Source of the DNA: Carcharhinus amblyrhynchos
Taxonomy: Eukaryota
DNA length: 64,000 nt
Direction of reading: 5' to 3'
Assembly: GCA_965287045.1 (NCBI GenBank)
Contig: OZ336872.1
Location: 81,034,001-81,098,000, forward strand
In this document: positions 49,536 to 63,322 of the stretch, one piece after another
Layout of the letters: each line of letters starts with the position of its first letter
How positions within the stretch are numbered: the stretch's first letter is position 1
The notes under the pieces: model-generated
The model's input: the letters and a program-made list of their open reading frames with translations, nothing else
The model's database searches: none
What the model was told of the DNA's origin: nothing
Made by a program: the position numbers and the translations under genes

Positions 49536-51617
49536 GTGATTCAGATACTTCCATTTTGTACCAGTTCAAAACCAAAGTGAGGACTAAAGTTGTGTGCACA
49601 ATTTGTGATATCTTGCTATTCTGATCTGAAGACCAATTTTCAGAATGGATCAGTTGTGTGATATTCATAGTTAATTATTGCTGGAGTAGATCCATAATGT
49701 GTGAAAACATTATAGCATTTGATGGACAGTGCAATGAGCACAGAACACCCTGGCAATTTTTCACTCTTTCCACCTGATACCATAATTCTTGCTGGGTTAT
49801 GGCCCTATGGGCAGTGTGAAACTTCAGATATCTCTCAAATGGTTCTTTTTAAAGTATGTGATTTGACAATTAGTGTCACCAGGATGCTTGACTGTGGACT
49901 CCATAGGATACACTGTGCATCGCAGGAAGTTAAGCAAGTTCTTGCACCTTCAGCGAGAGTGGGGGATGGTGAGGCCTGGTGTAGCAAACTGTTTTCTAGC
50001 TGAAAAAAAAATTTGTAAAGACCTGGAATTGAACTAGAAACTTCTGATTTGGATGGCTGACTGCTGCATCAGGTGATGCCATTACATGAACACCAGGTTT
50101 CCGAAGCATTGTCAAATATGCCTTCCTATGGAAAAGAAATTAAAATTAAATTCATTGGATTTTAGGACTTGTATATTTGTAAACTGACATTTATTGACTA
50201 TTAATTGTAGGTATTATATAATGATTATGTCAGTGATTAATAACAGGTAAAACAACAGGAGAAATATCCCTCCTGTGTCACACAATGAAAAGTCACATCT
50301 TTAAAGAAAATTTAGGATTGCATTTTTTTTTGATACAAGTTTCCAAAAATCCTAAGTGCTGATGACATGCTTAGTAACAGAGCAGTCATTGGGCATTACC
50401 TTTTTATGAGTGCCCATTTCCACTGATGTCAATATAATGACCTGAGGTGGTAGTGTCCAATAATTGTTTTAAAGCTAAAACATGACTTCAGAACTCTAAT
50501 ATAAAGGTCAGCCTTTTTGATTATTTTCTGCACCTGTTCAGGACATTTTGATGGTCTGTGTACTTGGACCTTTATTGTTGCTTTGGACCTCCAATGTTTC
50601 TCGCTTTTTATCATGTAGAAAATACATTTTTCAATATTTGTTTTTAAGGCCAAAATGGATCACCTCTCATTTACTTAATTGAAATCCATTCACCATCGTT
50701 TCACCATTCACTTAATTTATCAATATCCCTTTGCAGTTTTATGCTTCCATCTATACTGCTCACTTATCATTTTGTCATCGCCAAATCACAACATGTGACT
50801 TTCTTTCCTATCTGCTCTTAATAAATCTGGTGAATAGTTGAAGACCCAACATGAGCCCTTGTGAGACACCACTAGTCACATGCTGTCAATTCAAGTACCT
50901 GTCCGCTATCCCTACTCTGTGTCTCCTACTGCTCAGCCAGATTCCTAAATAGATCCTAAGGGGAGGTGGGCAGGGAGGAATGCTGTGCACTCTGCAATGG
51001 GTTTGCCGGGAGGGGATGCTGCACACTCTGCAACTGGGGCAGGGTGACCAACTGAGGGGAGAGAAGGGTTGGTGGTGTGGGCAGCGGCCAATGACAGGAG
51101 GCAATAGGCTGCAGAGGCCAGTGATATCAAGGGTGGGGCAACGACAGATCTTTCTGCAAACAGAGAGATCTGCGCGTGCGCAATTGCACCCACTGCTGTG
51201 AGCTGCCAGCTTTCGGGGAACTTCGGCCCAGCATCCTCCCCATTCTGGTAGGAACCAGGTTTAGCAATAATTTTTGCTCAGAGTCTGGTAACATCATATT
51301 TTTAACTTGCCCAAAATATCAGCACGATTATCTTCCGTTTTCTTGCTCCTTAGGCACTTAGAATTTTTTTGGTAAGATCGTCTATCACTACAGCTCCACC
51401 CCTCTTTATCCTTCCCATCATGCTATTTAAAACATTTATACTTTATTTAAATCTTTTTAATCATCTGTACCTTTTTTTTGGTGATGGATATCTTGGCCCT
51501 TTTGGACGTAAACTGGTTTTGTATCACAAATTCTTTTCTGAACAAGTCTCACTGTTCTTTCTGTTGTTTTACCCATTGGCAAGCTCCCTTATCCTCAGGT
51601 TATGTGTTGTTTTACAG

Positions 51618-51696
51618 GTTCTGAACTGAATGCCACTGTGATAAATGAAAACGATCCTGTTGATGAAGTCCAAGGTTTCCTCTTCGGCAAGCTAAA
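51618..51696 (+). CDS. UGGT1: UGGT1 exon 8 (SELNATVINENDPVDEVQGFLFGKL)
   Basis: tttacag / gtaagg; DEVQGFLFGKL motif. Confidence 0.97.
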
Positions 51697-53201
51697 GTAA
51701 GGGTCTGCATAGGAAAACTGGGTGGACAAAAAATTGAATCTATAACACTGTTGCTTACACACACATAGACATTCTGACAAGTGGTTTGTAAATCTATCAA
51801 TGATATAAGGCACATTTATGTGTAAATTTCATTTGGAAAAAATGTTTCATTTTGGTGCCATTATTATTTAATTTAGTTTACTTTAAGATGGTTCATTGCA
51901 CAGGGTTGCATGCATGAGAAATACTAGCAATTTAACTGTTAAAATGAAATTACAGCACGTAACTGCAAATTCTTTGCATGAGAATGGATATAGGATGCAT
52001 CAAGACAGTACACTGATAATTAACTACTTTACAAATGGAAACTGAATCAATATCGGGTTATTATCATTCTGAAAAATATATAGCTAAGTAGCGATCTATG
52101 ATACCCTATGATCTCATTCCTTTCTGAGCCTTGGGACTGCCAATTATGGAATGCAGTGAACCAGTTTGAATGAAACAGACTAGAAGGTGACATTTATACT
52201 TGCTCACCATCAAGAGTTGGAAAGAATGTTTTGAGAATTTTGCGAACTTTTTTACGGTAACCGTGACCATTGGAAGTTGAGATTGGTGTAAATTATACAC
52301 AATGGGAGTATTAAACTCTAAGATTTGAATGGTGTTTCTTTGTCCCAGGGTTCTGTGATAAGGGCCTGCAACTTCTGCTAGAGTGGCAATTAAATTGAAT
52401 TGCGCTGTCCTCCTAGTTTTTTTACCTTAAAGTGAAGCTGCTCTTGAGGGCTCGGCTAAGTGAAGGGGTTGGGGTTTCAGATGGTGGTCAGGTTAGGCCA
52501 GTGCGTGGAGTTTGGTTAAGGTGGAGACTGTTGGGTCAGGGTCAGTCAGGGAAAAGTCAATGAGAAGAGGGTGGTTGGGGGTGTTGGGGATTTGTGGGAG
52601 AGGGGGGCGTTGGTGGGAATTCTGTCGGGGAGAGGTGTAGCCAGGGGTGGTGGTTGAGGGTTGTGGGAGAGTCCAGTTAGGTTGTTCAGGTAGGTTATGT
52701 CCGATAACTATTGATGTGGGAACAATAGGAACCACCTGAAGTTTATGAATAAAATTGCATTTTTGGATGGTTCCCAGTGTAGCGTAATTGCCCGAGCTTC
52801 CTGGAAAATTGCCATGTAATCTTTACTTGTGAATTTGCAGGGAGGATGGGTGGGGGAATAAGGTTTGTTTCCCAGACCATCTTTGGTGTATCCCTTTGAC
52901 AGACTGCCCCGGAGCTCAGAGGTTAGGGGCCATTGTGTATTTATTATTTAAAATGAGAATTATATCAAACCATTGCACCCTTTCGGTGGATCAGTACAGA
53001 TTTGCCCGATTGATAAAGTTTGAAATATCAAGCTTCAAGTTATTGCCTTTTGTAAATAGCAGTACAAGTAGGAACTTCAATCAATACTTGCCTTGATACC
53101 AAGGATTACTTAGAAAAAGATGATTTTGCATTGTGGTGTCAGTATGTTGCAGATGAATTCCTCTTGCAGTAATCATGGTTTTGTTTTTTTCTTGATGACA
53201 G

Positions 53202-53302
53202 ACAGCTGTACCCAGAGATCAAGGAACAGCTCAAGGAACTGAGGAAACACCTGGTTGAAAGCACAAATGAGATGGCACCTCTCAAAGTCTGGCAGCTGCA
53301 AG
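53202..53302 (+). CDS. UGGT1: UGGT1 exon 9 (QLYPEIKEQLKELRKHLVESTNEMAPLKVWQLQ)
   Basis: gacag / gtaggc; near-identical to UGGT1 LKELRKHLVESTNEMAPLKVWQLQ. Confidence 0.98.
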
Positions 53303-53493
53303 GTAGGCTGAGAGGTTGTTGCCCAATTTAGGGCTGTCATGAAGTTGTCAGCCTAGTCATTACCTGGAAACTTACTCATTTAAATATACTGTTCAGGCAC
53401 ATTTTTGGATTTTCTTTTAAAGTAATATACTGATGCAGACGATTAGAAACATGAGATCAGGGCTTCACCTTTTAATGACTCCCAATACTCATT

Positions 53494-53806
53494 GGGGATG
53501 ATTCTCCCAGCATGCTGCTCTGGTGGTGGAGGAGGTGTGCGTGCGCTTGTTCGTTCGTTCAGGGGGTGGCAGGGTTGCACGGCCAGCTAGACAGTGTCGC
53601 GGTGCTGGCCAGCAGTCGAGCGTTATGCTGCTGGCCTCTCCAGTGGGAATGCGCCCTATGCATTTTTAATGTGATTCACGCCAATGCATTCTGCAGTGCA
53701 CAGAATGTCGGGGATTCATTTTGAAAATCATGCAAAAAGGAACAGTGGGATTTACTCCAATTTTTATGCAAATTCTGCATGTAGAAGTTTTGGGAAAATT
53801 CCACCC
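53494..53806. mobile_element. PIF/Harbinger-like MITE
   Basis: Imperfect 16-bp TIRs ggggatgattctccca / tgggaaaattccaccc with 3-bp TSD att. Confidence 0.6.
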
Positions 53807-54952
53807 ATTAACTTAGAATTCTTGCTAAACTTGGGAAGTAATGTTAAACTAAGTGAGATGAGAGGAGACTACTAAAGTGGATGCTTTTTACAAAATGATG
53901 CTTACATTGATTGACATCACTGAATGTTGAATTCATTTTAATCACCTGAAGGTTTATAGAAATGTGTGTCATCAAGCAATGTAATCAATTTTTGATGACA
54001 AAATACGCTTTTGTTCTCTTTCGCCCAGCCCTCCCACCTTCTGTAAGGAATAATATTCCATTCTGTTGAACCGTTAGGAACATGGTAGGCTAAAAGCAAC
54101 CAAAGTCTAATCAGTTCATATTTAAATTTGCATTTGTTTCTGGACTAAGTATCTCTTTTTTTTAAGTTCAGCCCCACAGAGCACTTAGTTAATATAGCAA
54201 AAAAAATCAGGTTACCCCTGAAGTGCTGGGTATTGGATGTGTTCAGCAAGAATCTTCATGGCTAACAGTAAAGCATTTCTGCTTTGCTACTTTCATGCCA
54301 AAATGGAGGCCTTGCAAATTACCTGTCCCTCAGAAATTTCAAATCAAACATTAAAAAAAATCCTGAAATATGTTTTATAAATATACATTCACAGTTGCCT
54401 CCTTTCACTGCCATAATATATTTCTTGCAGTTTCTTGTGGATAGAGTCTTAAGTCAGCTTCAATTTAGTCAAACCAGTTTCAAACTGCTGTTGAACCAAG
54501 GAACATTATAAAATAGCGGATGAATTTAGCTCAGAGCTAATAGGTTTCATGCATACCTGCATTGGATCACCGGGAACTATCCCCCAAAAGGGAGGAAATA
54601 CAAAACCTACGTGCCAGCTAATCCTATTAATCAAACAAAGGCTCGCATTCATACAGCACCTTTCAAGACCTCAGGCTATTTCAAAGTATTTAATGATATC
54701 AGTATAAATAAGGGTACAGATAGAGTACCCTTTATCTGTAAATTTGAAAACCAAATACATGCAACTTTCGTTGAAGCTCAATGACCTTTAGCACGGGAAG
54801 TCTAGTTTGTTTGTCTGTACTGTTTGTCTTGTGAAGTTTGTGGTGAATGTGACAAAAAGAAACTTACTGTAGATGCTCTGTATTTTTTATTAAGTGATAC
54901 AACTTACTTTTCTTGCCATTTTACCTTAGATTATAGCTAGTCAAGACTTAGT

Positions 54953-57410
54953 CTTTTTTTTAGTTTGTTGAAAATGTTCATAAATTTTACATAGCAAACA
55001 AACAGATACAGATCCACACAGTTCTCGGTGTACATTCCAACGTGACTGGGCACATGGCTACCTGTGGCCAGGGGACAAGCTCCTGGTACTCCCAGCACTC
55101 ACCCCACCCGAGTCTGTCTAATTCTGTCTAATTGCACCGGGAATGATGGTGATAATATAAAAACAAAAAGGCAGAGGAGCGCCCAAATAGCCCAAGCGAT
55201 AAACTAGCGAGTGGAGAAAAGAAAGACAAAGAGAGAGAAAGCGAAGGAGAGAGAGGAAAGGAAGTAAGAGGGAAAATAGAAAAGTTCTCGTGTTGGCCCC
55301 CATATCTCAGTTGGGCAGGTGGAGCATGCTCACGTAAAGGGCCAGGATGCATCCACCGATTGGGGTGCGAGGTAGGGGGCGCGGTTTCTGTGGGAGCATC
55401 GTGGTCCTATGGCCATTGGGTATCTGGCTACAACTGCAGCATCCCGACAAGTACTATAAATGGTTGCCAGGTCTCTTAGAACCTAGTAGTGGACCCATGT
55501 CGTAGAGTCATAAAGGTTTACAGCAAGGAAACAGGCCCTTCAGCCCACCTTGTCCATGCTGCCCCTTTATTAACTACAAAGCTCGTCCCAATTGCCCACG
55601 TTTGACCCATATCCTTCTATTCCCATTTTATCCATGAAACTATCTAAATGCTTTTTAAAACACAAAATTGTACCTGCCTATACTATTACCTCTGGCAGCT
55701 TGTTCCAGAAACTACCCTCTGTGTGGAAAAAATTGCCCCTCTGGATCCTTTTGTATCTCTCACCTTAAACTATGCCCTCTAGTTTTAGACTCCCCTACCT
55801 TTGGGAAAATATATTGACTATCTAACTGATCTATACCCCTCATTATTTTGTAGACCTCTCTAAGATCACCCTTCAGCCTCCTGTACTACAGAGAAAAAAA
55901 GTCCCAGTCTATCCAGCCTCTCCTTATAACTCAAACCATTAAGTCCTGGTAGCATCCTCGTAAATCTTTTCTGCACTCTTTCTAGTGTAACAATATCCTT
56001 TCTTTAATAGGGTGACCAGAACTGTATGCAGTATTCCAAGTTTCGCCTTACCAATGTTTTGTACAACTTCAACAAGATGTCCCAATTCCAATATTCAGTG
56101 TTCTGATCAATAAAACCAAGCATGCCAAATACCTTCTTCACCACTCTGTCCATCTGTGACTCCAAGGAGCTATGAACCTGTACGCCTAGGTCTCTGTTCT
56201 ATAACTCTCCCCAATGCCCTACCGTTAACTGAGTAAGTGCTGCCCTTGTTCAGTCTACCAAAATGCATCATGTCGCATTTATCTAAATTAAACTCCATTT
56301 GCCATTCGTCGGTCCACTGGCCCGATTGATCAAGATCCCGTTGCAAACCGAGATAATCTTCTTCACGGTCCACTCTGCCACCAATCTTGGTGTTATCTGC
56401 AAACTTAATAACCATGCCTCCTAAATTCTCATCCAAATCATTAATATAAATCATTTATATTTATGTAAATAACAGTGGACTCAGCACCAATCCCTGAGGT
56501 CACAGGCCTTCAGTTTGAAAAGCAGCCCTCAGCAACCGCTCTGTCTTCTGTCGTCAATTTTGTATCCATTTAGCCCACCTCACCCTGGATCCCATGAGAT
56601 TTAACCTTCTGCAACAACCTACTAGGTGGTACTTTGTCAAAGGTCTTGCTAATGTCCATGTAGACAACATCAATTACACTGCCTTCATCTACCTTCTTGG
56701 TTACCCTTTCAAAAAACACAATCAAATTTGTGAGACATGATTTGCCACTCTCAAAGCCATGCAGACTGCCCCTAATCAGTCCTTTGTCTCTAAATGCCCG
56801 TAGATCCTGTCTCTCAGGATACCTTCTAACCATTTACCCACTACAGATGTGAGGCTCACCGGCCAGTGGTTCCCAGGCTTTTCCCTGCAGCCCTTTTTAA
56901 ACAAAGACACAACAATGTTCTGGGATACTCTTTCAGGTCCTGGGATTTATCTACTTTGATGCACTTGATGTGCCATGTAGCCTGCACCTCATCTTCTCTA
57001 GTTTAATGGTATCCACCAACTCCTTCACTCGCTGAGTGCACCTGATTAGTCCTGATTAAACAGGATTAGTTATCTTGCAAGGAGTGTAGTGAAAACTACA
57101 AAATCAGCTTGGAATTTCAGCAGCGGTGGATTTAAAGGCACAACCTCAAACAGAGCAGCCTGGGGAATTGCACTTATGTCTTGATCTAGTGTTGCTGCAA
57201 TCGTCTGAAGTATCAATGTCCAGTAGTTATACAGTGATGGGCAAGCGCAGAACGTATGTAAAAGGATGGCGGGAACTTGCCAGCACTGCTCACAAATGGG
57301 GCTTGTGCCTTGGTACATTCTAGAGAGTTTAACCCTTGTTAGATATGCTCTGTGAAGGAATTTACATTGCATCACACCCAGCTTGGCACATATTGAGGAG
57401 GACTTCACGA
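54953..57410 (-). mobile_element. L1-clade LINE 3' portion (split by CR1)
   Basis: KFLHRAYLT...CEQC...LLHTFCACP Cys/His C-terminal domain (57070-57408); TWQPF end motif near 55455-55475; poly(T) at ~54954-54961. Confidence 0.72.
55501..56950 (-). mobile_element. Decayed CR1 LINE nested in an L1-clade element
   Basis: YMDISKTFDKVP, YINDLD..KFADNTKIGG remnants; CR1 tail near 55505-55555. Confidence 0.82.
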
Positions 57411-58300
57411 TTGTACTGTAAGTTTATGTGCGGTATCTGAAGACTGAAGAGATCTGAAATCCAAAATGTAATCGGCCTAGAGGCTTCGGATAAAGGATAC
57501 TCAACTTGTATATAGTTTTGCAGAGAAGAAAAGTAATAATTTGTCAGAACAGATTTGTTTTGAACAACATGGTTGCAGTGAGTTAATTTATCTTCAGAAT
57601 GTCAGAGGAGCATCAACCATTCAACTTTTCTATCTGCTGATTTGTTATTGAACTTGAATGTTTTTATATAGCTTGTCATATGAGTGTACGCATTGTCTCT
57701 GTTCAGTTAATGCTAGGAAAGGCAGGGCTCTAATGGTTTTAGAATCTCTTAAGAGTTAAGATTCCATTAAAAGATTAATTTCCCAATGCCATAGACCAAC
57801 TTTGGCCAAAACAATAACTGGATGATTTGCTCACTGTGCATGTGCTGTTCTGGAAATTAGATTTACTGTTCTATACTTCCCTAATTTTTTTTTATTAGCT
57901 TGCATAGTCTGGTCTCATTAGATTGAATCAAGAAGCCCCAAGAGCTGTGGTGGGAGAGAACAGCTGTAATTATACCTACAGAACAATATCTATTTTAAAA
58001 CAGTTATCAAACTTCCAAACAGTGATATATTGCCCTTGAACTCTATTTGACAATCCACACTGAGTCATATTTGAAGAAGGGCTTCCCAATGTCAGTCCTA
58101 AATGAATTATTTACCAGTTTGAACTGTACTATTTGTCAGACGTGTTTCAATTGCAATATTACTCTGGATGTTTACCTTTCACATTCCCTTAATTATCTTA
58201 AATTACTCAGCTATTCCTGGCTGAATGTTCGAAGGCTTTCTATGTATTGCATATAGTTTGTAGTCACTTTAATTATTTGAATTATTATTTATTTTAACAG

Positions 58301-58400
58301 ATCTAAGCTTTCAAACTGCTGCTCGAATCTTGGCTGCACCTTCAGTTGATGCTTTGATGGTTATGCGTGATTTGAGCCAGAACTTTCCCACTAAAGCCAG
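58301..58400 (+). CDS. UGGT1: UGGT1 exon 10 (DLSFQTAARILAAPSVDALMVMRDLSQNFPTKAR)
   Basis: ttaacag / gtaaca; conserved motif. Confidence 0.98.
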
Positions 58401-59356
58401 GTAACATATTGGATATCTGTCTATTGTTGTAAAACACATTGATATAGTACTGTTAAAATTATAGTTAAGTTTAAAGATGTGGGACCTGATGTTGAAAGTA
58501 ATTGTGGGACCAGGGGTACTCACTGTTGGTTATGTATAAATTAGGTTACAATCTCTCGTGAATGCACATACGCAGAAATCTGGAAGTTGCTATCTGAGAT
58601 GTCTGCAGGTCCATTGTCTTTGCCAAAATGGCATCTTGCTGTTTGGTTTAGCATTTAAGTATGCTGAATAGTGTGAAACTATACTGACATCGTAAGTAAG
58701 GACTGAATTCATTGCAAAGAGTTTTAGGGCCTGTCTATTCCATGTAAGTGCCCTTTTAATAGTGTGATAAGTGTTAATTACTGTCAAATAATTTCTCTGG
58801 CATTGGAAATCAACTTCCAGGAATAGGGAGTCTCATTGGTTCAGCATTTAATTACTTTTGGAGGTTCTTTTCTTCTTAGCTCTCTTTCTGCCTTTTTTAT
58901 TTTGCTTTCTGTATTTGATTTAACATTAAAGTAAATAGCCTATCTGATACTTCTTGGTTCAGAATTTGCATCTCTATTTAATGGTACTTTACTTGAATTA
59001 GTACAGGAGATTCTGTTTCTTGCACTGTTCACACAGATCCCAGCCCCTTATAGGGTGTTTGGCCCTCTGACAGTAACTTACTATGTAAAACCCCATGGAA
59101 AGTCTTTTGCAAGTTTAACAAACTTCTAGTGAAATTCTAGCCCATAATTTTCAGAATATATTTAATTTGACCTGGTGTACTCATTTTCGGAGTTCATGTT
59201 GTATCAGCACAAGAATCATTGGAATTGTGAAATTGAATTTGTTTCTGAAGGAGATAGATATTCCATGAATCAGTTGATGATATTGTCACAGTTGAGTTTG
59301 CCAGGACCACTAAATTTTTTTTTACTTGGCTTAGATTCTTAACTTTAAAAGCCCAT

Positions 59357-59714
59357 GGGTAGAATTTTACTAGTGGAGAGGTGGGTTGGTTCAGGCTGGC
59401 CCCAGCAGCAGAGGCCTGACAGCACACACTCTCTCCCTGTCTCTCTCTCTCTCTCTCTCTGAGTGTCAGGCCTCTGCTATTGGAATTGTACATGTGCAGA
59501 CACAGAGATCTGCACATGCGCAATAGTTCCCTCTGCTACTGGCTGGTGATTTAAGCCCCGCCCACTGCCTGTAGTAGCTAGAAACAGTCAAGTCCATTTT
59601 TCATGCACTATGTGCACAAGATTGGCCCTAAAAATGCACCCAAAAAACAGATCTGCAACTATCCTATTTTCACGCTAACTGGATGCTTAGAATTTTTCTC
59701 ATAAAATTCCACCC
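59357..59714. mobile_element. PIF/Harbinger-like MITE
   Basis: TIRs gggtagaatttta / taaaattccaccc; internal gagatctgcacatgcgcaat shared with ~51165-51185. Confidence 0.55.
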
Positions 59715-59860
59715 TATGAAAGTGATGTAAATGAGGGCAAATTTAGGGACCAATAATGGTGTTCGTAAAATGTTAATTGAGCATCCAGTAGACATTATTC
59801 AATGTATCAAATCATGTTTGCGTTTCTTAAGTATAATGTTTCTTCATTTTAAATGTACAG

Positions 59861-59921
59861 ATCCATAACCAGAACTGTTGTGAACCCTGAAATGAGGAAG
59901 GAAGTAGAAGAGCATCAACAA
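59861..59921 (+). CDS. UGGT1: UGGT1 exon 11 (SITRTVVNPEMRKEVEEHQQ)
   Basis: gtacag / gtaagc; 61 nt, phase-consistent. Confidence 0.95.
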
Positions 59922-61266
59922 GTAAGCATGTATTTTAAATTTTATCATTCTGCTCCAAATAATTGGCGATATAGGTTAAAAAAATCAAGTTGAACTGAAT
60001 ACAGTGCCATGTTTTGAGAATTGAACAAATGCATGTAATTTCAGGATTCAGATGGAAAAGGCTGAGTAACTGCTGCTTCTTTAAATGGCATTATGAAACC
60101 CAGTGGTTTCTAAAGAATATTCAATTTTGGTCATTGGATCTTTCGGATATACTTATTCTGCTCTGCATGTTTCTGCAGATACATTATTTGTTTCAGAATT
60201 GTGTGGGCACTGACAAACATCCAAGACATTCAAATTTATAACCATGTTATTGAGAACATCAGCAGTTGACAAGTTTGTTCAATCATTAAGTATCTTGAAG
60301 TTTTATTTTCACATTAATGTTTGGAATGTGTCCAACACTGAAATAGGTCAGTTTTCTGACTTTAACAAGTAATTTGTAACTACTGGAAAAATATAATTCT
60401 CTAACGCTGAATCTTTCCTCTGTTGTGACAGGTAGGGAATTACAATCCATGTAATGATTTATTTGTTAAAAGACCCTCTGCTTTTTTCATGCATTTCTGT
60501 AGGGTTTCTCATGACCAAAGGTAAGCTAGTTTCCAGCTGAATGGTGAGAATCTTCAGTCCAGTACAGCTGTATTAGTTTGTCTCTTTACTCATGCGTTTC
60601 TACATTCCTGTTTTCCCCAGTCCTTGCTCTGTAGACTTGTGTTCATCTGGAGTCAGCAGATTATATATATATTTTTCTGATCTTTGGATATGAGCAAAGT
60701 ATAAAACTTCTGAAGGTATTGTCTACCATTCTGAACATTGGGACAAGTGACAAAACAATTCATATTGCTGCAATTTTTGAGAAATAGTAACGACAGATGT
60801 TGATGTGACATCTATTTTAGTGCTGATTTAAAATTGTACATATTTATTTCTCTCCTGCTTTCCAGTTAAGGAAATGACTGTTCAACTGCAATTTTGTTCC
60901 AAGCATGACCATTCATCTTATGCAATATGCGATTTGTGTGTTTGAGCATTTGACTGTAGAGGCATCACAGTCAATCCTGACTTATTTATGGCTGCTGTGC
61001 CTGTTTGCAGCTTGCCTGCAACAGCTGCCAGTTGGCGATCAGAAGGATTGGCCGTTATTTTTGTTTTCCTCCGCTGTCTCCCTTATCTCAACACTTGAAC
61101 CACTTCTCTGATCAGGATCAGATAATAGCAGAGACTGAGTAGCTCCTTAGCCTGTTGTCTGGCTAAACACATTATAGCGCATTCACGGACTACAATAGGA
61201 TTTTTATGTGGTATTAGTAGGAGTTGTAAGAAACATTTTTGGCAATAATGGTTTTTCTGCTTTCAG

Positions 61267-61358
61267 TATTTCAAAGAAACATTTGGCCTTCACCCTGGTG
61301 ATTCTGCACTTTTCATCAATGGCCTCAGTATTGATCTTGATGTGCAAGATATCTTTAG
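61267..61358 (+). CDS. UGGT1: UGGT1 exon 12 (YFKETFGLHPGDSALFINGLSIDLDVQDIFS)
   Basis: ctttcag / gtatgg; PGDSALFINGL motif. Confidence 0.97.
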
Positions 61359-61482
61359 GTATGGAGAGTTGGTCTGTCTCAATGTATGCAAATAAAACCT
61401 TGAACCCAAATACAAATTGCAGACAGTTTAAGCAGCTAGGTTCCTATTAAAATGAATGACTTTGTCTCTGCGTCTTTGTCAG

Positions 61483-61633
61483 TGTTCTGGACTTGCTGCG
61501 CAATGAGGCCCGTCTCATGGAAGGTCTGCATGAGCTGGGAATCCAGGGTGATGAACTACATGACTTGCTGAAACTAAATGTACAGCCTGCAGATTCTGAT
61601 TATGGTGTCGACATTCGAAACCCAGCTATCTAT
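61483..61633 (+). CDS. UGGT1: UGGT1 exon 13 (VLDLLRNEARLMEGLHELG...DYGVDIRNPAIY)
   Basis: ttgtcag / gtaagt; in frame. Confidence 0.97.
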
Positions 61634-62182
61634 GTAAGTTTGATTATCATGCACCCTGCATTTTGTTGTTCATTGTCCAAACAGAGGTACTTATTGAACT
61701 TGGAGATTCAGTTTCTATGTGTAGTACATTTTGCAAGTATAGAGCTGGGTAGATTACCATCTATCCATCAAACTTTGTTTTTTTTTAAGCCAGAATCTTG
61801 ATACAAAATTTATTCTAACTTAAAAGGCCATTAAACAGAACTTTGCTTGGCTGAAACACTTTTCATATTCTAAATGATTTATTTGCATCTCTCAGCCATG
61901 CCTTCACTGCATCAAGTAGTAGCTTTATAAACTAACATATTCTGGCAGTGCAAGAGGCAGATCAATGTTAGGTGATACTATCATTTAGTTCAGGATATTT
62001 CAGTTGTGCTTATTATATTCAAAGCCCTGATTACATCCTCAGCATTCTGCTGAGCCAACAAAGTGACAAGAAAAAAATCAGAAGGGTGTCAAAATGACAC
62101 AGAGTTGTTTTTAACTAACTAACTAAAGTGTCATGACTGGTTTCATAGAGGATGTTCATAGTGGTTATTCTTTTCAATATAG

Positions 62183-62302
62183 TGGATTAATAATCTGGAG
62201 ATGGACAGCAAATACAACACGTGGCCTTCTAGTGTACAGGAGCTTCTGAGGCCTACGTTTCTTGGGGTTATCCGGCAGATTCGGAAAAACTTTCACAACT
62301 TT
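62183..62302 (+). CDS. UGGT1: UGGT1 exon 14 (WINNLEMDSKYNTWPSSVQELLRPTFLGVIRQIRKNFHNF)
   Basis: caatatag / gtaagt; conserved WPSSxQELLRPTF motif. Confidence 0.97.
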
Positions 62303-63236
62303 GTAAGTAAAAAGGAAATGATTTAATTTTGTTTATGTATGAGACAGTCAAATATCTCGATTTCACATTAGAGGATATTGTTATTTATGTGTACAGGAAA
62401 ATAAGAGTCTGAGTTTTTATTTCCTAAAAGCAATTTTGAAAAATGCGAATCAATTAACAATATACATGAGCTCTTCCCACTGCATTATTCTGATTAATTT
62501 TCTGCTGAGAAATGACTAATATGATGGTGGTTCAATACCCTGGATAATGGAACATCCTTTAACTTCTCACAGCTCGTAATCTTATTTAGCATGACCTGCT
62601 TGTAGTGTGAAGGTTCTATTAGCTTCCAAACTGCTGCATAACTCCTCCATTAATACTTCTCCTGCTTGTATTCAGTACTTTTTCTCAATTTCCTGTGCCA
62701 ATCATCCTTTGAGATAGCGTCTAATTGGATTAATTGTCCATTGGCCACATTCAAATGCGACAGTTTAATCTACCTAAACTTTGTTTACTTCTGACAACGT
62801 GCAATCATCAGAAGTGAGTCTTTCGGAACTAGGTGCTAATGGTAAAATGGGGCGATGACATCAGAAGAATATTGTGTGACCTATGCATGATCTGACTTCC
62901 ATGGTGCTCCTTTTTAAAGCCTCATTTCTGTTTGCGACCCCACCTTATGAGAGACATAACACGCAAAGGGAAGATTTTCACCTAAGCTACTCTCAAAGAT
63001 TTTGGGCTGTGTAAAATGTATGCTAATATTCAGACAGTGATTTTTTTTTTTGTAATATTGCTAGATCCTTTACAATTCATGGCTTTTGGCAATTGGAGGC
63101 TAGTGATGCTAAGTTCCCATTTGTTTCTTTGAAATGTTGGCACTTAAAGAGACTATATCCTCTGATTCCCGCGTTGCTGACCAATAAATAAACAATAAAT
63201 GCTCATGCTATGTCTGATAATTCTGTTTAATTTTAG

Positions 63237-63322
63237 GTGCTTCTTGTTGACCCAACTGATGAGAGCACTCCTGAGTTACTGAAAACGGCTGAAATGTTTT
63301 ATACAAATGACATCCCACTCAG
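63237..63322 (+). CDS. UGGT1: UGGT1 exon 15 (VLLVDPTDESTPELLKTAEMFYTNDIPLR); gene continues beyond the window
   Basis: ttttag / gtgtgt; AEMF...IPLR motif. Confidence 0.96.

Larger units (their letters stand above)
54717..57508. mobile_element. Tigger/Zombi-like (Tc1-mariner) non-autonomous element hosting L1+CR1
   Basis: TIRs cagatagagtaccctttatctg / (reverse complement) caagttgagtatcctttatccg, each flanked by TA. Confidence 0.65.

Noticed and set aside
38176-63322. Assignment as UGGT2
   Set aside because: Residues such as DSKA.TT.LTTKW, YKAKDDTQV, LKELRKHLVESTNEMAPLKVWQLQ and PTKAR match UGGT1 as I recall it.
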